Below, piece after piece: positions 17,833 through 26,785 of a stretch of 64,000 bases of DNA. Position 1 is the stretch's first letter, and each line of letters starts with the position of its first letter. Both the position numbers and the translations under genes were made by a program. Source of the DNA: a virus; the IMG/VR virus record IMGVR_UViG_3300046501_000233, positions 44,081-108,080 of that record; one strand, 5' to 3'. A model generated the notes under the pieces. It ran no database searches and was not told the origin of the DNA. It worked only from the letters and a program-made list of their open reading frames with translations.

Positions 17833-19296
17833 TTACCAGTCAAGGATCACGGCGCGACGGGGGCCGAGCAGCGAGTTGAATGCGTCAGACGCGGCATCGA
17901 CCTGGTCGTCGTTGACACCGAGCGGGAATAGCTCCAGCTCGTCGAGGAACGCTTGGTTCCAGCTGCCTCTGACCAGTTTGACGTTTCGCGCTTCGCACTG
18001 CGCCGCAAATGCGGACGCTCGCGTTTCTTTCGGACCCGTGGGACGGATTGCCTTGACGTTATAGCCGGCGAGCCGGCGGATGAAACTCTGGGCCTGGCTC
18101 TTGCCGGCCTGACCTGGATCTTGCGGAAGGAAGATCTGCGTGGAGCGACCGTCCTCTGCTGCGGTCGAGAAGACCTTTCGCTCGACAGCCAGCGGCGTGT
18201 CGCGCATGCGGATGACGTTCTCGATGTAGAAGATGCCAGCAGAGTCCTTGGACATCTTGACGCCGACCGTGTAGTCGCCGTCCTTCGATGCCGCGAGATC
18301 CCAAGCCCGCACGACCGATCGCTTGGCCGGCAGCTCATTCACGATCTCGAACCACGAGGCCTTGAACATGCCGCCGTCGTCGGACATCGGCTTCTGCTGA
18401 TAGAGAGCCGCAAACGACCGCTCGCCGAGAACGTCCTGACGATCCATCAGAGCGGCGTAGGAGAAACGGTTGGGAGCCAATGGCTCGTTCGGCATGCGCC
18501 GCAGCGGATCGCCGGGCACCGTGCCGTCATCGTTGAGGATCAGCTCCTTGGTGCCGTCTTCCTTGGTGATCGACTTGGTGTACGGGAGCGCCGGCAGATA
18601 CAGGATTTCCCAGGGGAGACCCTTGCCGTCGTTCATCAGCTCGATAAGGCGGCCGGCGATGTCGTCGTAGTGCCAGCGCGTGAGCGTGAGCACGATTGCC
18701 GCGTCTTCTTCGAGACGGGTGTAGACGACGTCTCGATACCAGGCCCACTGGTCTTCGCGGAAACCTGGCGACTCCACTTCCTTTCGATCCTTGATCGGAT
18801 CGTCGATGAGGAAGAGATGGGCGCCCTTACCGGTCGTGCCCGAGCCGACGCCGACCGCGTAATACTGACCGCCCTGCTCCAGCTGCCAATCGTCTGCGGC
18901 GCGCTGGTCGGTTCGGATACGGACATCGGGGTAGAGCGTTTGGAACTGCTCGCCCTTGATGATATCGCGGACGTTACGACCGAAGCCGGTGGCGAAGTCG
19001 GCGTTGTATGAAGCCGAGATGACATTCTTGTGGGGGTTCCGGGCCATGTAATAGGCCGGGAAGCGGCGGGTCGACAGCTCGCTCTTTCCGTGCCGAGGCG
19101 GCGCGAAGAGCATCAGACGCTTGATTTCACCCCGCTCAACAGCCTCAAGCTTCTTCGCCACGATGTGGTGGAAGGGATCGGCGTAGTATTTGGGGAGCGT
19201 GTAAGTGGTGAAGTCGATGAGGTTTTCGCGGCCACGACGGCGATGCAATACCTCGGCTGCCGCCGCCTCGGGTGAGACGTCGGTGAGATCGAGCAC
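17833..19296 (-). CDS. terL: Terminase large subunit
   Basis: Walker A 'PPRHGKS', 'LIDDPIKD', 'TRWHYDD', nuclease 'AWDLA' and 'NDDQVDA'. Confidence 0.95.
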   Translation of the reverse strand: MLDLTDVSPEAAAAEVLHRRRGRENLIDFTTYTLPKYYADPFHHIVAKKLEAVERGEIKRLMLFAPPRHGKSELSTRRFPAYYMARNPHKNVISASYNADFATGFGRNVRDIIKGEQFQTLYPDVRIRTDQRAADDWQLEQGGQYYAVGVGSGTTGKGAHLFLIDDPIKDRKEVESPGFREDQWAWYRDVVYTRLEEDAAIVLTLTRWHYDDIAGRLIELMNDGKGLPWEILYLPALPYTKSITKEDGTKELILNDDGTVPGDPLRRMPNEPLAPNRFSYAALMDRQDVLGERSFAALYQQKPMSDDGGMFKASWFEIVNELPAKRSVVRAWDLAASKDGDYTVGVKMSKDSAGIFYIENVIRMRDTPLAVERKVFSTAAEDGRSTQIFLPQDPGQAGKSQAQSFIRRLAGYNVKAIRPTGPKETRASAFAAQCEARNVKLVRGSWNQAFLDELELFPLGVNDDQVDAASDAFNSLLGPRRAVILDW

Positions 19297-19511
19297 GGTG
19301 AACTTTCAGTTGAAGTTTAGACTCCGCCCGCGGCCTTGCGGCGAACGCCCCCGAAGCGGCGACTTGGGCAGAGTGAAAAAGGAAGACCCCACGCCCGCTG
19401 GCCTAGCGGATCGTCATGTGCTCATGACTCCTGGTGCGGTCAGACGTTCACTGGGTAACTAGATGTCCAGCTGCAGCGTCTGATCCCGAGGGGGGACTTG
19501 TTCTCGTGGCC

Positions 19512-21251
19512 TTACTGGCCGGCGGGCACCTTGCGAACGTAAGGACGTCCGAAGGTCACATCGGCAGCGACAGCGCCAGCGGCGAACGTCAGGTAAGCCT
19601 GAAAGCTCGTCGAGGTGTCGGTGCCAGCCAGTGGCGTGTTGATGGGCGTGCGCAACGTGCCGGACAGCGCGCCCGCTCCGTCCATGACGACGGCTGCAGT
19701 CGAACTGGGCGACAGAGCGGTGTCACAGGATAGCGACAGGGCGCGGAGACCCGTGTGACCCGCAGCGAGGGTGAAGTCGATGCACGCTTCGACCTGATCA
19801 CCGGCAGCGCCGGAATAGGCCGCGGTGTTTTGGAAGTTGACCAGACGGCCAGCCGCATTGCTCGTGCCGGAGACCACGATCTTCTGAGCGGCAGCGCCGT
19901 TCTGCGTGGTTTTCGAGGCAACGATCGTCATGGCGCCGTTTTCCGTCAGCGTCCAGCTGTCGGCCACCTCGCCGGTCGGAGCGGTCGTGCCGGACTTGGT
20001 GCCGGTCGTGCCGGTCAGCGCCGGGTTGCGGCCAACTCCCACGAGCAGGTTGCTCGCATCGAGATACAGGTCATTCAGCGTCGCGGTCTGCTGCATCAGC
20101 GTGTTTGCGACAGCCGCAATTCCGTCGCCGAGCTTGATTGCGCCGAGCCAGTTCGGGTGAAGGAAGTCGCCCATGTCCGTTGCCGGAACAATGGTGCTTT
20201 CCAAGTCAACGACGTGGATCTTGCTCTTGTAGGCCGCGAGATCCGGGTCGGTCGCAAAGCTTCCGATCAGATCGTTGAGCGCGATGCGGTCAGCCTTACG
20301 AGCGGCGGAGAGCGCATTCCACGTTGCGTCACTACGCGGCAGAACCTTGATCGCGATGACATGCTTGGCGCCGCCGTCGATGTAGGCCTTCCAGCAGGTC
20401 TTCAGGTTATTGTAGATCACGGCCGGCGTGTCGGCGCTGCCGGTGAGGTCGTTGGTGCCGGCAAGCAATGAGACCAGCATGGGCGACAGACCGACGACAG
20501 TCGCGGTCTGCCCGGCCATAGCTGCAGCGGTCTCTCCGCCGGTGGCCTTGTTGTAGCCATAGGGCAGGAAGAACCGGCCACGGGTCTTGTTGATGAACTG
20601 CCAGAGCCAGGTCGGGCCGTTCGATCCGGCGGTGATGCTGTCACCTTCCGCGACGAAGCGGGCGTTCAGAGCCTGCAGTGCCACGGTGGTGGTGACTGCG
20701 ACGACCGAAGACTTCGGCGAGTTGGTGCCGAGGGCGTTGGTTTCGCTGATCGTGTAGTTGACAGTACCAGGCTCCGATGCCGAGATGCCTACCACGAGTG
20801 CAGACTGGTCTGCATTGAAGGTCACTCGACCGTCGCTCGGCGAGATGGTCAGGATCGATCCGGACGTCTTTCCGACGATGTTGCCGATGACGGTGCCCGG
20901 AGCAGCGGTTTCCGCGAACGTCGACGCCGACAGGGTCAGAGACCCGAGGGCAACAGGGGTGCGTGGGACAACCGAAACCTTGGAGTCGACCACGCCGGCC
21001 CAGGTAATCACCGCGCCGCCGGCCGGCGCCGATGCGAACGCATATGACCAATTGCCCGACGAGTCGGCGGTGGCAGTGCCTGCGGAAGTGCCGTCCTTAT
21101 AGACGGTAACGGTTGATCCCGGCTTTACGCCGAAGCCGACCCAGGTCTTGTTGTCGAGCGAGCCAGGCATGGCCGGCTCAAGAACTTGGAGGATGGGCTT
21201 GCGGCTGCCGGCAGAACGCCACTGACCCTTACGAAATTTTGGACTGGCCAT
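19512..21251 (-). CDS. SGNH/GDSL esterase with Ig-like and cadherin-like N-terminal domains
   Basis: GDS (AEGDSITAG), GTND and DxxH (DFLHPN) catalytic blocks; Bacterial-Ig-like 'TADSSGNWSY'. Confidence 0.85.
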   Translation of the reverse strand: MASPKFRKGQWRSAGSRKPILQVLEPAMPGSLDNKTWVGFGVKPGSTVTVYKDGTSAGTATADSSGNWSYAFASAPAGGAVITWAGVVDSKVSVVPRTPVALGSLTLSASTFAETAAPGTVIGNIVGKTSGSILTISPSDGRVTFNADQSALVVGISASEPGTVNYTISETNALGTNSPKSSVVAVTTTVALQALNARFVAEGDSITAGSNGPTWLWQFINKTRGRFFLPYGYNKATGGETAAAMAGQTATVVGLSPMLVSLLAGTNDLTGSADTPAVIYNNLKTCWKAYIDGGAKHVIAIKVLPRSDATWNALSAARKADRIALNDLIGSFATDPDLAAYKSKIHVVDLESTIVPATDMGDFLHPNWLGAIKLGDGIAAVANTLMQQTATLNDLYLDASNLLVGVGRNPALTGTTGTKSGTTAPTGEVADSWTLTENGAMTIVASKTTQNGAAAQKIVVSGTSNAAGRLVNFQNTAAYSGAAGDQVEACIDFTLAAGHTGLRALSLSCDTALSPSSTAAVVMDGAGALSGTLRTPINTPLAGTDTSTSFQAYLTFAAGAVAADVTFGRPYVRKVPAGQ

Positions 21252-21315
21252 CGTTTTTGTCGATGCTCTCTTTGGTGATTGGAATGTTTGGGTGAAAAGG
21301 TGCTGAAGGCGCGAC

Positions 21316-21858
21316 CTAGTGGACGCTGTCCTTCTTCGGAGCCTCGGGCTTCGATCCGCGAGCGGCGATTTCCAGCAACTCGTCCTCGGACATCTTCTTG
21401 ACGTCCTTGGTCACGTTGAGGTTCGTGGTGCTCTCGTCCTTCTGGCCGAGGTAGTTCTTGCCGAGGAAGATCGCGGCAGGCGCGTTCTTGTCAGCCAGGG
21501 TGAGCTGCTTGCGGCGGAGCGAAACCTTCGCGCCCTGCTGCCCGTCGTCCCAAGCTTCCCGGCTCTCCGGGAACTCGTTGAAAAATGTGGTTAGGGTGCG
21601 CTTGGTGACGCCGAGCACAGCGGCGGCCTCGTCCTGAGTACAGAACAGGCGCGCCAGCTCGAACAGCAGGCGCAGGGTGTCTTCGTCGGGATTGAGTTTG
21701 GCGTCGGAGCGGCGCTTGCGATACGGCTGGTTCAGCTTCTCATCGAGAAACGACTGCTCGGCAGTATCCTTTTCGGACTTCGCATTGAGCGCTTCTTGGC
21801 GCGCAGCCCGCTCTTCGTTCGTCGGGCGACCCCGGCGACGGGCAGGAAAATCGGTCAT
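21316..21858 (-). CDS. terS: Terminase small subunit
   Basis: HTH 'CTQDEAAAVLGV', 'KVSLRRKQ...AAIFLGKNYLGQKD' signature; N-terminal AT-hook RRGRP. Confidence 0.85.
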   Translation of the reverse strand: MTDFPARRRGRPTNEERAARQEALNAKSEKDTAEQSFLDEKLNQPYRKRRSDAKLNPDEDTLRLLFELARLFCTQDEAAAVLGVTKRTLTTFFNEFPESREAWDDGQQGAKVSLRRKQLTLADKNAPAAIFLGKNYLGQKDESTTNLNVTKDVKKMSEDELLEIAARGSKPEAPKKDSVH

Positions 21859-21874
21859 TGTTGTTGCTCTTGGA

Positions 21875-22108
21875 TCAGTGCGTGGTGAGGATCAGATCGT
21901 CCTCAACGAGATCGCTCATGTTGATGCGCATCAGCCAGCTGTCAGGCGGGACTAAAGCTTCGATGAAGACCACCTCCTTCAGATCCTCGGTGTCCTCGCC
22001 AAACCGATCGAGCATGGCAGTGATAGGAACCGAGTATCCGTGGGTGAAGTGCAGCGTCTCGTTTTCGAGGTCGACGGTGAAACCGTAAGAAGCCGCGTCC
22101 ATCGACAT
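21875..22108 (-). CDS. Hypothetical protein
   Basis: Acidic 77 aa ORF in operon. Confidence 0.55.
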   Translation of the reverse strand: MSMDAASYGFTVDLENETLHFTHGYSVPITAMLDRFGEDTEDLKEVVFIEALVPPDSWLMRINMSDLVEDDLILTTH

Positions 22109-22111
22109 TTG

Positions 22112-22444
22112 TCAGCTCGCCCGAGCGCCGGGAAGCGCCGTGTCGATCCAGTCGATGATCTGAGACCGCATTGATGCGCCCGTCTTCGTGGCCTTCACCT
22201 GCCCGCCTTCGAACAGAACGAGTGCAGGGATCTGGGCGATGCGGACGCGCTGGGCAACCAGCGGCACTTCATCGACATTGGCTGTGACGAAGGCGACCTT
22301 GCCTTCATATTCCTTGGCGACAGCGTCGAGGACCGGCTTCATCGCCTTACACGGCGCGCACCACTTGGCCTCGAACTTGACGATCACAGGGATCTTGGAC
22401 TCCAGCACATCTGCGCTGAAGCTGAACTCGTTGATGGATTTCAT
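22112..22444 (-). CDS. trxA: Thioredoxin
   Basis: WCAPC active site, cis-Pro 'IPAL', 110 aa. Confidence 0.92.
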   Translation of the reverse strand: MKSINEFSFSADVLESKIPVIVKFEAKWCAPCKAMKPVLDAVAKEYEGKVAFVTANVDEVPLVAQRVRIAQIPALVLFEGGQVKATKTGASMRSQIIDWIDTALPGARAS

Positions 22445-22445
22445 G

Positions 22446-22856
22446 TTACCTCGAAAAGATCTTCTTCAGCGAAGAGACGCCGGCCACGCCGCATACGGTC
22501 AGAACGATGTTCGCCTGCATGCCTTCGTAGATGCCGGGGAGCCTGGAGATTTGCCAGGAGCCGATCTCGTGGCCGAACATCGGTATGCTATCGAACACGA
22601 TAGCCGCGATGTGCAGGAGGAAGACCGCGAAGGTGACAGGCACCATCCACGCGGTGAACCAGTGCTCGCGATCGTCCTTGCGCATATCGGCCGCCATACG
22701 GGCGACTTCGACCTTGTAGCGCAGCTCGGCGACATTCAGCTGGACGTCGCCGCCGATCGCCGTCTTGAACTTTTCGAGATCGGTATCGGCTTTCTTATTC
22801 AGCCATGTGAGAAGACCCGACACGAAGCCGGGAATGAGTGTGAGAAGCCCGAACAT
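22446..22856 (-). CDS. Membrane protein, 3TM holin-like
   Basis: Hydrophobic segments and basic C-terminus (SLKKIFSR); start re-assigned to MFGLL. Confidence 0.55.
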   Translation of the reverse strand: MFGLLTLIPGFVSGLLTWLNKKADTDLEKFKTAIGGDVQLNVAELRYKVEVARMAADMRKDDREHWFTAWMVPVTFAVFLLHIAAIVFDSIPMFGHEIGSWQISRLPGIYEGMQANIVLTVCGVAGVSSLKKIFSR

Positions 22857-22871
22857 GTATGTCCTGAAGAT

Positions 22872-22943
22872 TGGCACCGGCGTAGGGTATCGAACCCTCT
22901 GACCGAGGTTTTGGAGACCTGGCCGCGACCTACGCTCGCCGAT
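22872..22943 (-). tRNA. tRNA-Trp(CCA) with shortened D-arm
   Basis: Acceptor ATCGGCG/CGCCGGT, anticodon loop CTCCAAA, T-loop TTCGATA, encoded G-CCA end. Confidence 0.75.
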
Positions 22944-22956
22944 GTGTTGATGAATT

Positions 22957-23120
22957 TGGTGGGATGACGGACTCAACCGCCTTGCCTGCTGCTCCCCAAC
23001 AGCGCCCGCCCTCATGCGTGACAGCGCCTGACTAGCGGCGCGTCCGGGCGGCCTGATGGTCTGTCGTAGCCGCGGAGTCACCGCGGGCTGGGGATTCGAC
23101 AGCGCCTATTCAGGGCTCAC
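22957..23120 (-). ncRNA. Structured RNA between tRNAs ending in T-arm-like hairpin and ACCA
   Basis: GGCGG-TTGAGT-CCGTC-ATCCC-ACCA end; upstream hairpin CTGTCG...CGACAG; three copies of GGCGCTGT. Confidence 0.4.
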
Positions 23121-23122
23121 TA

Positions 23123-23198
23123 TGGCTGGGAAGGCAGGACTCGAACCTGCGACTCTCTGATTAACAATCAGGCGCTCTACCAACTGAGCTACAACCCA
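23123..23198 (-). tRNA. tRNA-Asn(GTT)
   Basis: TAGCTCAGTTGGTAGAGC D-arm, anticodon loop TTGTTAA, GGTTCGAGTCC T-arm, G-CCA end; two U-U mismatches in acceptor stem. Confidence 0.88.
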
Positions 23199-23199
23199 A

Positions 23200-23660
23200 A
23201 ACTCCACGGCTTGGAACATGGCCCCATTTAACCTGCCACCCCTATGTCCTTCTTTCATTTGACGATCGGCAGGCACCGCAAAAATTTAAGGGGGCGCCCG
23301 CAGGCAACCCCCATCGACCGCACTTTGGTCTCCTGCCCTTTCGGTCGATGGAGATGCCTGTTTCGGTCGATCGCACAGGTGGGAGTGATCCAATCCAGAA
23401 GTCGATCACTCAGGTCGCAGGCCTACTGGCTATCCTGCCTAGCGGACACCCGTTACCGGGGCCGTGAAACCACCTGATCTCTTGCCCCGATGGTATGCGT
23501 CGCAGTGACCAGTCGGGGCTTACGAAATGGTCTCAGGGTTTTGCAGCAAGCTGATTTGTGCCCTGAGTGCCGCGAGGTAAAGGAGGAGGAGGAACCCCCC
23601 GCGGCTGTCCGGGCATCACAGACGGTCGGCGTGTCTAGCGCCGCTCCCTGCTAAGCTCCG
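23200..23660 (-). ncRNA. Putative multi-hairpin ncRNA region upstream of tRNAs
   Basis: About 460 nt with no credible ORF and at least five strong stems (23301-23360, 23376-23476, 23484-23519, 23532-23567, 23569-23605). Confidence 0.5.
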
Positions 23661-23666
23661 GGGATG

Positions 23667-24812
23667 CTATTGTAGAAAGACAGGCGCAAGCTTCGCGCCG
23701 ATGTCCGAGTAACCCGATCCATTCGGATGGATGCCGTCAAAATAGAACGGCTCGTTGGCAGCGTATGGCCGCCACTGGCTACCCATATCGAAAACCGGAA
23801 TGTTGTTGGTCGAACCAAGATCGCGCACGTACTGCGCGAAGGCGAGCTGCAGCGGATCATCCCCGTTGACACCCTGCGGCTCGATCATCAGCATGACGTC
23901 GCCGGATATTTTCGCGGCGTCGATCACCATCTGATATTGGGCCTTGAAGTCTTCCGGGGTAATTCCGGTGGCAGGATCATTCACGGTCATGGCGATTACC
24001 GTCATGTCCGGACGAAGTGCCTCTATGCCGCCGAGCGTCGCGCCCGTCAGATTGCCGATCGTGGCGCCGAACCAGCCGGCGCGCATGACAAGCACTTCAG
24101 GACGCTGCGAGTTCGAGGCGATCAGGCCGCTAATCAGGCCCGCATTTGCCCAGTGCTCAACGCTGATCGTCGAGTAACCCTCGCCAAGATCGATGGGGCT
24201 GCAAATGGTCGCGTCGCCAAAGCGCTGCGAATTATACATTGTCACGCTGGCGGCGGATGGCTGTTCATCGACGGAGACATAGATACCCCATTCACCGTTG
24301 TAGATGCCCAGCACTTCGACAGTGTCGAATGCCGATGACGGGGTGAACGAAAACTTCACGCCAGTTTCGCCGAGCGCCGCGAGGACGTTCGCGCCAATGG
24401 AGCCAAGGCCGTAATCTGTCCAGCCTCCCATATCGATGCGATTGTCGTGGGCGTGCCAGTCGGACTCGTACTGGCCGCCGATGAACGAGTTCCAGGATGC
24501 CGGCAGCGCCGAGGCGTTCAGCATTTCGGCGAGCCTGGTCGGGTACGATGCCGCAGCCGCGTTGTTCTTCTGGTACGTTCCAGTGGTGTCGCCGGTGGCG
24601 CCGGATCCTGCAGTGATTGAGTTGCCGATGAACAGCAAGCGGGCGTTTCCTGTGCCGGCGATCACCTGAGCCTTTGCTGCGGACCAACTGGACGTATTCT
24701 CTGCCGTCCAATTCGTGAGCCCCGCAATGCCGGCCGGCTTGATGGCACGGGCGCGGCGCTTTTGCCGATGGTTCTGTCGCTTCAAGGCAGCGAGAAGTTC
24801 TTTCTTATTCAT
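23667..24812 (-). CDS. SGNH/GDSL hydrolase
   Basis: 'IGNSITAG', 'TVND' and 'DGIHPN' blocks. Confidence 0.85.
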   Translation of the reverse strand: MNKKELLAALKRQNHRQKRRARAIKPAGIAGLTNWTAENTSSWSAAKAQVIAGTGNARLLFIGNSITAGSGATGDTTGTYQKNNAAAASYPTRLAEMLNASALPASWNSFIGGQYESDWHAHDNRIDMGGWTDYGLGSIGANVLAALGETGVKFSFTPSSAFDTVEVLGIYNGEWGIYVSVDEQPSAASVTMYNSQRFGDATICSPIDLGEGYSTISVEHWANAGLISGLIASNSQRPEVLVMRAGWFGATIGNLTGATLGGIEALRPDMTVIAMTVNDPATGITPEDFKAQYQMVIDAAKISGDVMLMIEPQGVNGDDPLQLAFAQYVRDLGSTNNIPVFDMGSQWRPYAANEPFYFDGIHPNGSGYSDIGAKLAPVFLQ

Positions 24813-24825
24813 CTGACCTTTCCGA

Positions 24826-25092
24826 TCAGTTGTCGACGTGCTCCTGCGGGATGCGCCACGTAAGCGGCAGCGTGGAGCATGTCTCAGTGAGGCTTGGCAC
24901 GAGTTTGGCGAACACCCAATCGGCGTGTTGCTTCTCGATGCCGCCGAGAGGGCGCACGAGCTTGGCGTGCTGGTAGAGAACTTTGATCTCCTGCCCGTAG
25001 ACGATGGGCTCCCAGATCGTGGGGTCGAGCTTGAGCCAGGCGATCATCGCGGATGCGTGCGCCTTGCTGTCAGCGACAATGGCGGAACGCAT
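24826..25092 (-). CDS. Hypothetical protein
   Basis: 88 aa, fits operon. Confidence 0.55.
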   Translation of the reverse strand: MRSAIVADSKAHASAMIAWLKLDPTIWEPIVYGQEIKVLYQHAKLVRPLGGIEKQHADWVFAKLVPSLTETCSTLPLTWRIPQEHVDN

Positions 25093-25093
25093 G

Positions 25094-25447
25094 TCACTTG
25101 GCCTTGGGTGAAAAGCATGGCCGCGCGAGGACTCCTTCGATCCAATCGTAGATCTGTGGATTGTCCCTGCGGGCCATCATAAGAAAAGGGGTAAAGAGCG
25201 AGATCACTCGCTCCTCGGTGGCGCGGCTCTTCAGGCCGCAGGCGTACCAGCAGGCGTGACCCATCTCGTGTTCGAGGGTCTCCGCGAAGGTCGCGTCGTC
25301 AACGTCGTCTCGGACCTTGATCTTCTTCCGCGTGTGGTCGCATTCGCCGAACTGCTCGACAGCCTCGGCCTCCGCCGCCGGCCAGTGGACCAGCTCATAC
25401 CGGAAGACGCCGATCTGAATGTGCGAGGGGAGATCCTGCCGCGTCAT
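25094..25447 (-). CDS. HExxH metallopeptidase-like protein
   Basis: 'FGECD...IKV...ETLEHEMGHACW'; ATGA-coupled start at 25447. Confidence 0.7.
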   Translation of the reverse strand: MTRQDLPSHIQIGVFRYELVHWPAAEAEAVEQFGECDHTRKKIKVRDDVDDATFAETLEHEMGHACWYACGLKSRATEERVISLFTPFLMMARRDNPQIYDWIEGVLARPCFSPKAK

Positions 25448-25923
25448 GGCGCATCCGCCCCGGTGCACTGGCGCACGAACTCGAACAGCGTCTTTCCTCT
25501 GAGGATGACGAAGTTCGGGTGCGGGATCGTCGGATCGTCGCCGAGCCAGCCGAGCTGGGTCAGCTTCTCGCGAAGCTTCTGCGGGTACAGGTTCCACATC
25601 AGCGCCGAAAACTCTGCGGCGTGATACGGCTTGCTGCGATCGCCGCCCTTGTAAGCAGTGGCTGAATGGAAGCCGAGCGCCGCCCTCTCGGTGGCGCAGA
25701 CATTCTCCGGACGAACAATGCCGACGAAGAGCGTGCAGGCCGACATGCAGTCGCCGTCGATGACGAGCGAGCCGCCGCTGTCCCGGAGGTTCGAATAGCT
25801 CTTGACGAAGTCGACGATGACGCCGCCCCGGTCTTCGCTGATCTTCACAGTCTGCGCGCTGGCCGGCGCCAAGGCAGCCGTCAGCAACGCGCCCGCAACC
25901 GCGAGCACGCTCAAGATCTTCAT
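25444..25923 (-). CDS. Secreted ClpP/crotonase-fold-like protein
   Basis: Signal peptide (…PASA-QT); 'DRGG', 'IDGDCMSACT' and 'LGFH' motifs. Confidence 0.7.
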   Translation of the reverse strand: MKILSVLAVAGALLTAALAPASAQTVKISEDRGGVIVDFVKSYSNLRDSGGSLVIDGDCMSACTLFVGIVRPENVCATERAALGFHSATAYKGGDRSKPYHAAEFSALMWNLYPQKLREKLTQLGWLGDDPTIPHPNFVILRGKTLFEFVRQCTGADAP

Positions 25924-25946
25924 GTTGTGGGTCCGTGGTGTCGGCC

Positions 25947-26150
25947 TTAGCCGAGGAAAAACCGCGTGGCGAAATAGACGAGCCAGATCAGCAGCGTTCC
26001 GGCCACGCCGACGAAGAAGCGAAACACGCCGCCGAGATCGAAGTCGAAATATCCGCCGGTGTAACTCGGCTCGCGGGGCCACGCGGCCCAAAGCCAGAGC
26101 AGAGCTGTGATTGCACCTGGGATGGCCCAGGATCCGAGTGTAATGGTCAC
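25947..26150 (-). CDS. Small 2-TM membrane protein
   Basis: Two hydrophobic stretches; coupled start. Confidence 0.55.
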   Translation of the reverse strand: MTITLGSWAIPGAITALLWLWAAWPREPSYTGGYFDFDLGGVFRFFVGVAGTLLIWLVYFATRFFLG

Positions 26151-26374
26151 GCTATCTTCACTTCCGGAGCGTTGATGCGGATCTCGTTGGCGTTCATCGT
26201 GATCGTGCCGTACTCGGCATCCGTGCGAACGGCTTCCGCGATATCCGCGAGACGCTCGTCCACCATCTCGGCGAAGTCGTCGAAAAGCTCATTACCCTCC
26301 TCGATCGAGGAGGAGATGATCTTGGCCGCCGCGACGATTGCCGCAGCGAGGACGATGATTGCTGTTTCGAGCAT
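26147..26374 (-). CDS. Hypothetical membrane-anchored protein
   Basis: N-terminal TM, TGATG coupling. Confidence 0.5.
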   Translation of the reverse strand: MLETAIIVLAAAIVAAAKIISSSIEEGNELFDDFAEMVDERLADIAEAVRTDAEYGTITMNANEIRINAPEVKIA

Positions 26375-26643
26375 CAGATGATCTTGCAAATTCCGTGCAT
26401 CGACAGTCGCGTTGGCAGCGACCGGATGAACTGTTCGAGGGCATTAACCCGTGCCGCTGTCGGCTCCTGGTAATGCGGGCGGAGGAAAACGATGTGGTCG
26501 AACTGGCGTCCGATGAGCTGCACGTCCTGCCAGGACTTCACCCACCATTCGTCACCGGACAGCAGGAAGGCTTCCTGGTACTGCTGGGCGATCCACTGGG
26601 TATCGGCGAGGAGCAGCTTGCGCTGATTTCGGTGAGGCGTCAT
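26374..26643 (-). CDS. Hypothetical protein
   Basis: Coupled ORF in small-gene array. Confidence 0.5.
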   Translation of the reverse strand: MTPHRNQRKLLLADTQWIAQQYQEAFLLSGDEWWVKSWQDVQLIGRQFDHIVFLRPHYQEPTAARVNALEQFIRSLPTRLSMHGICKII

Positions 26644-26785
26644 GCCCACACCGACAACACGAAGATGGCCGCAAGAGCGATCGCCGCCATGGCGCCGCTG
26701 CAGAGCAGGACGCGGGTCTCGTGGGCCGAGAACTGACGCGACGGATCACCGCGATCAACCAGAGCAAACATCGAAAAAGCTTCCA

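Noticed and set aside
22446-23081. 211-aa ORF spanning the tRNA region
   Set aside because: The upstream part overlaps tRNA-Trp and structured RNA. The real start is probably 22856.
22957-23660. Possible phage tmRNA
   Set aside because: No tag reading frame ending in AA, no G3-U70 seven-bp acceptor stem, and no two-piece arrangement could be found.
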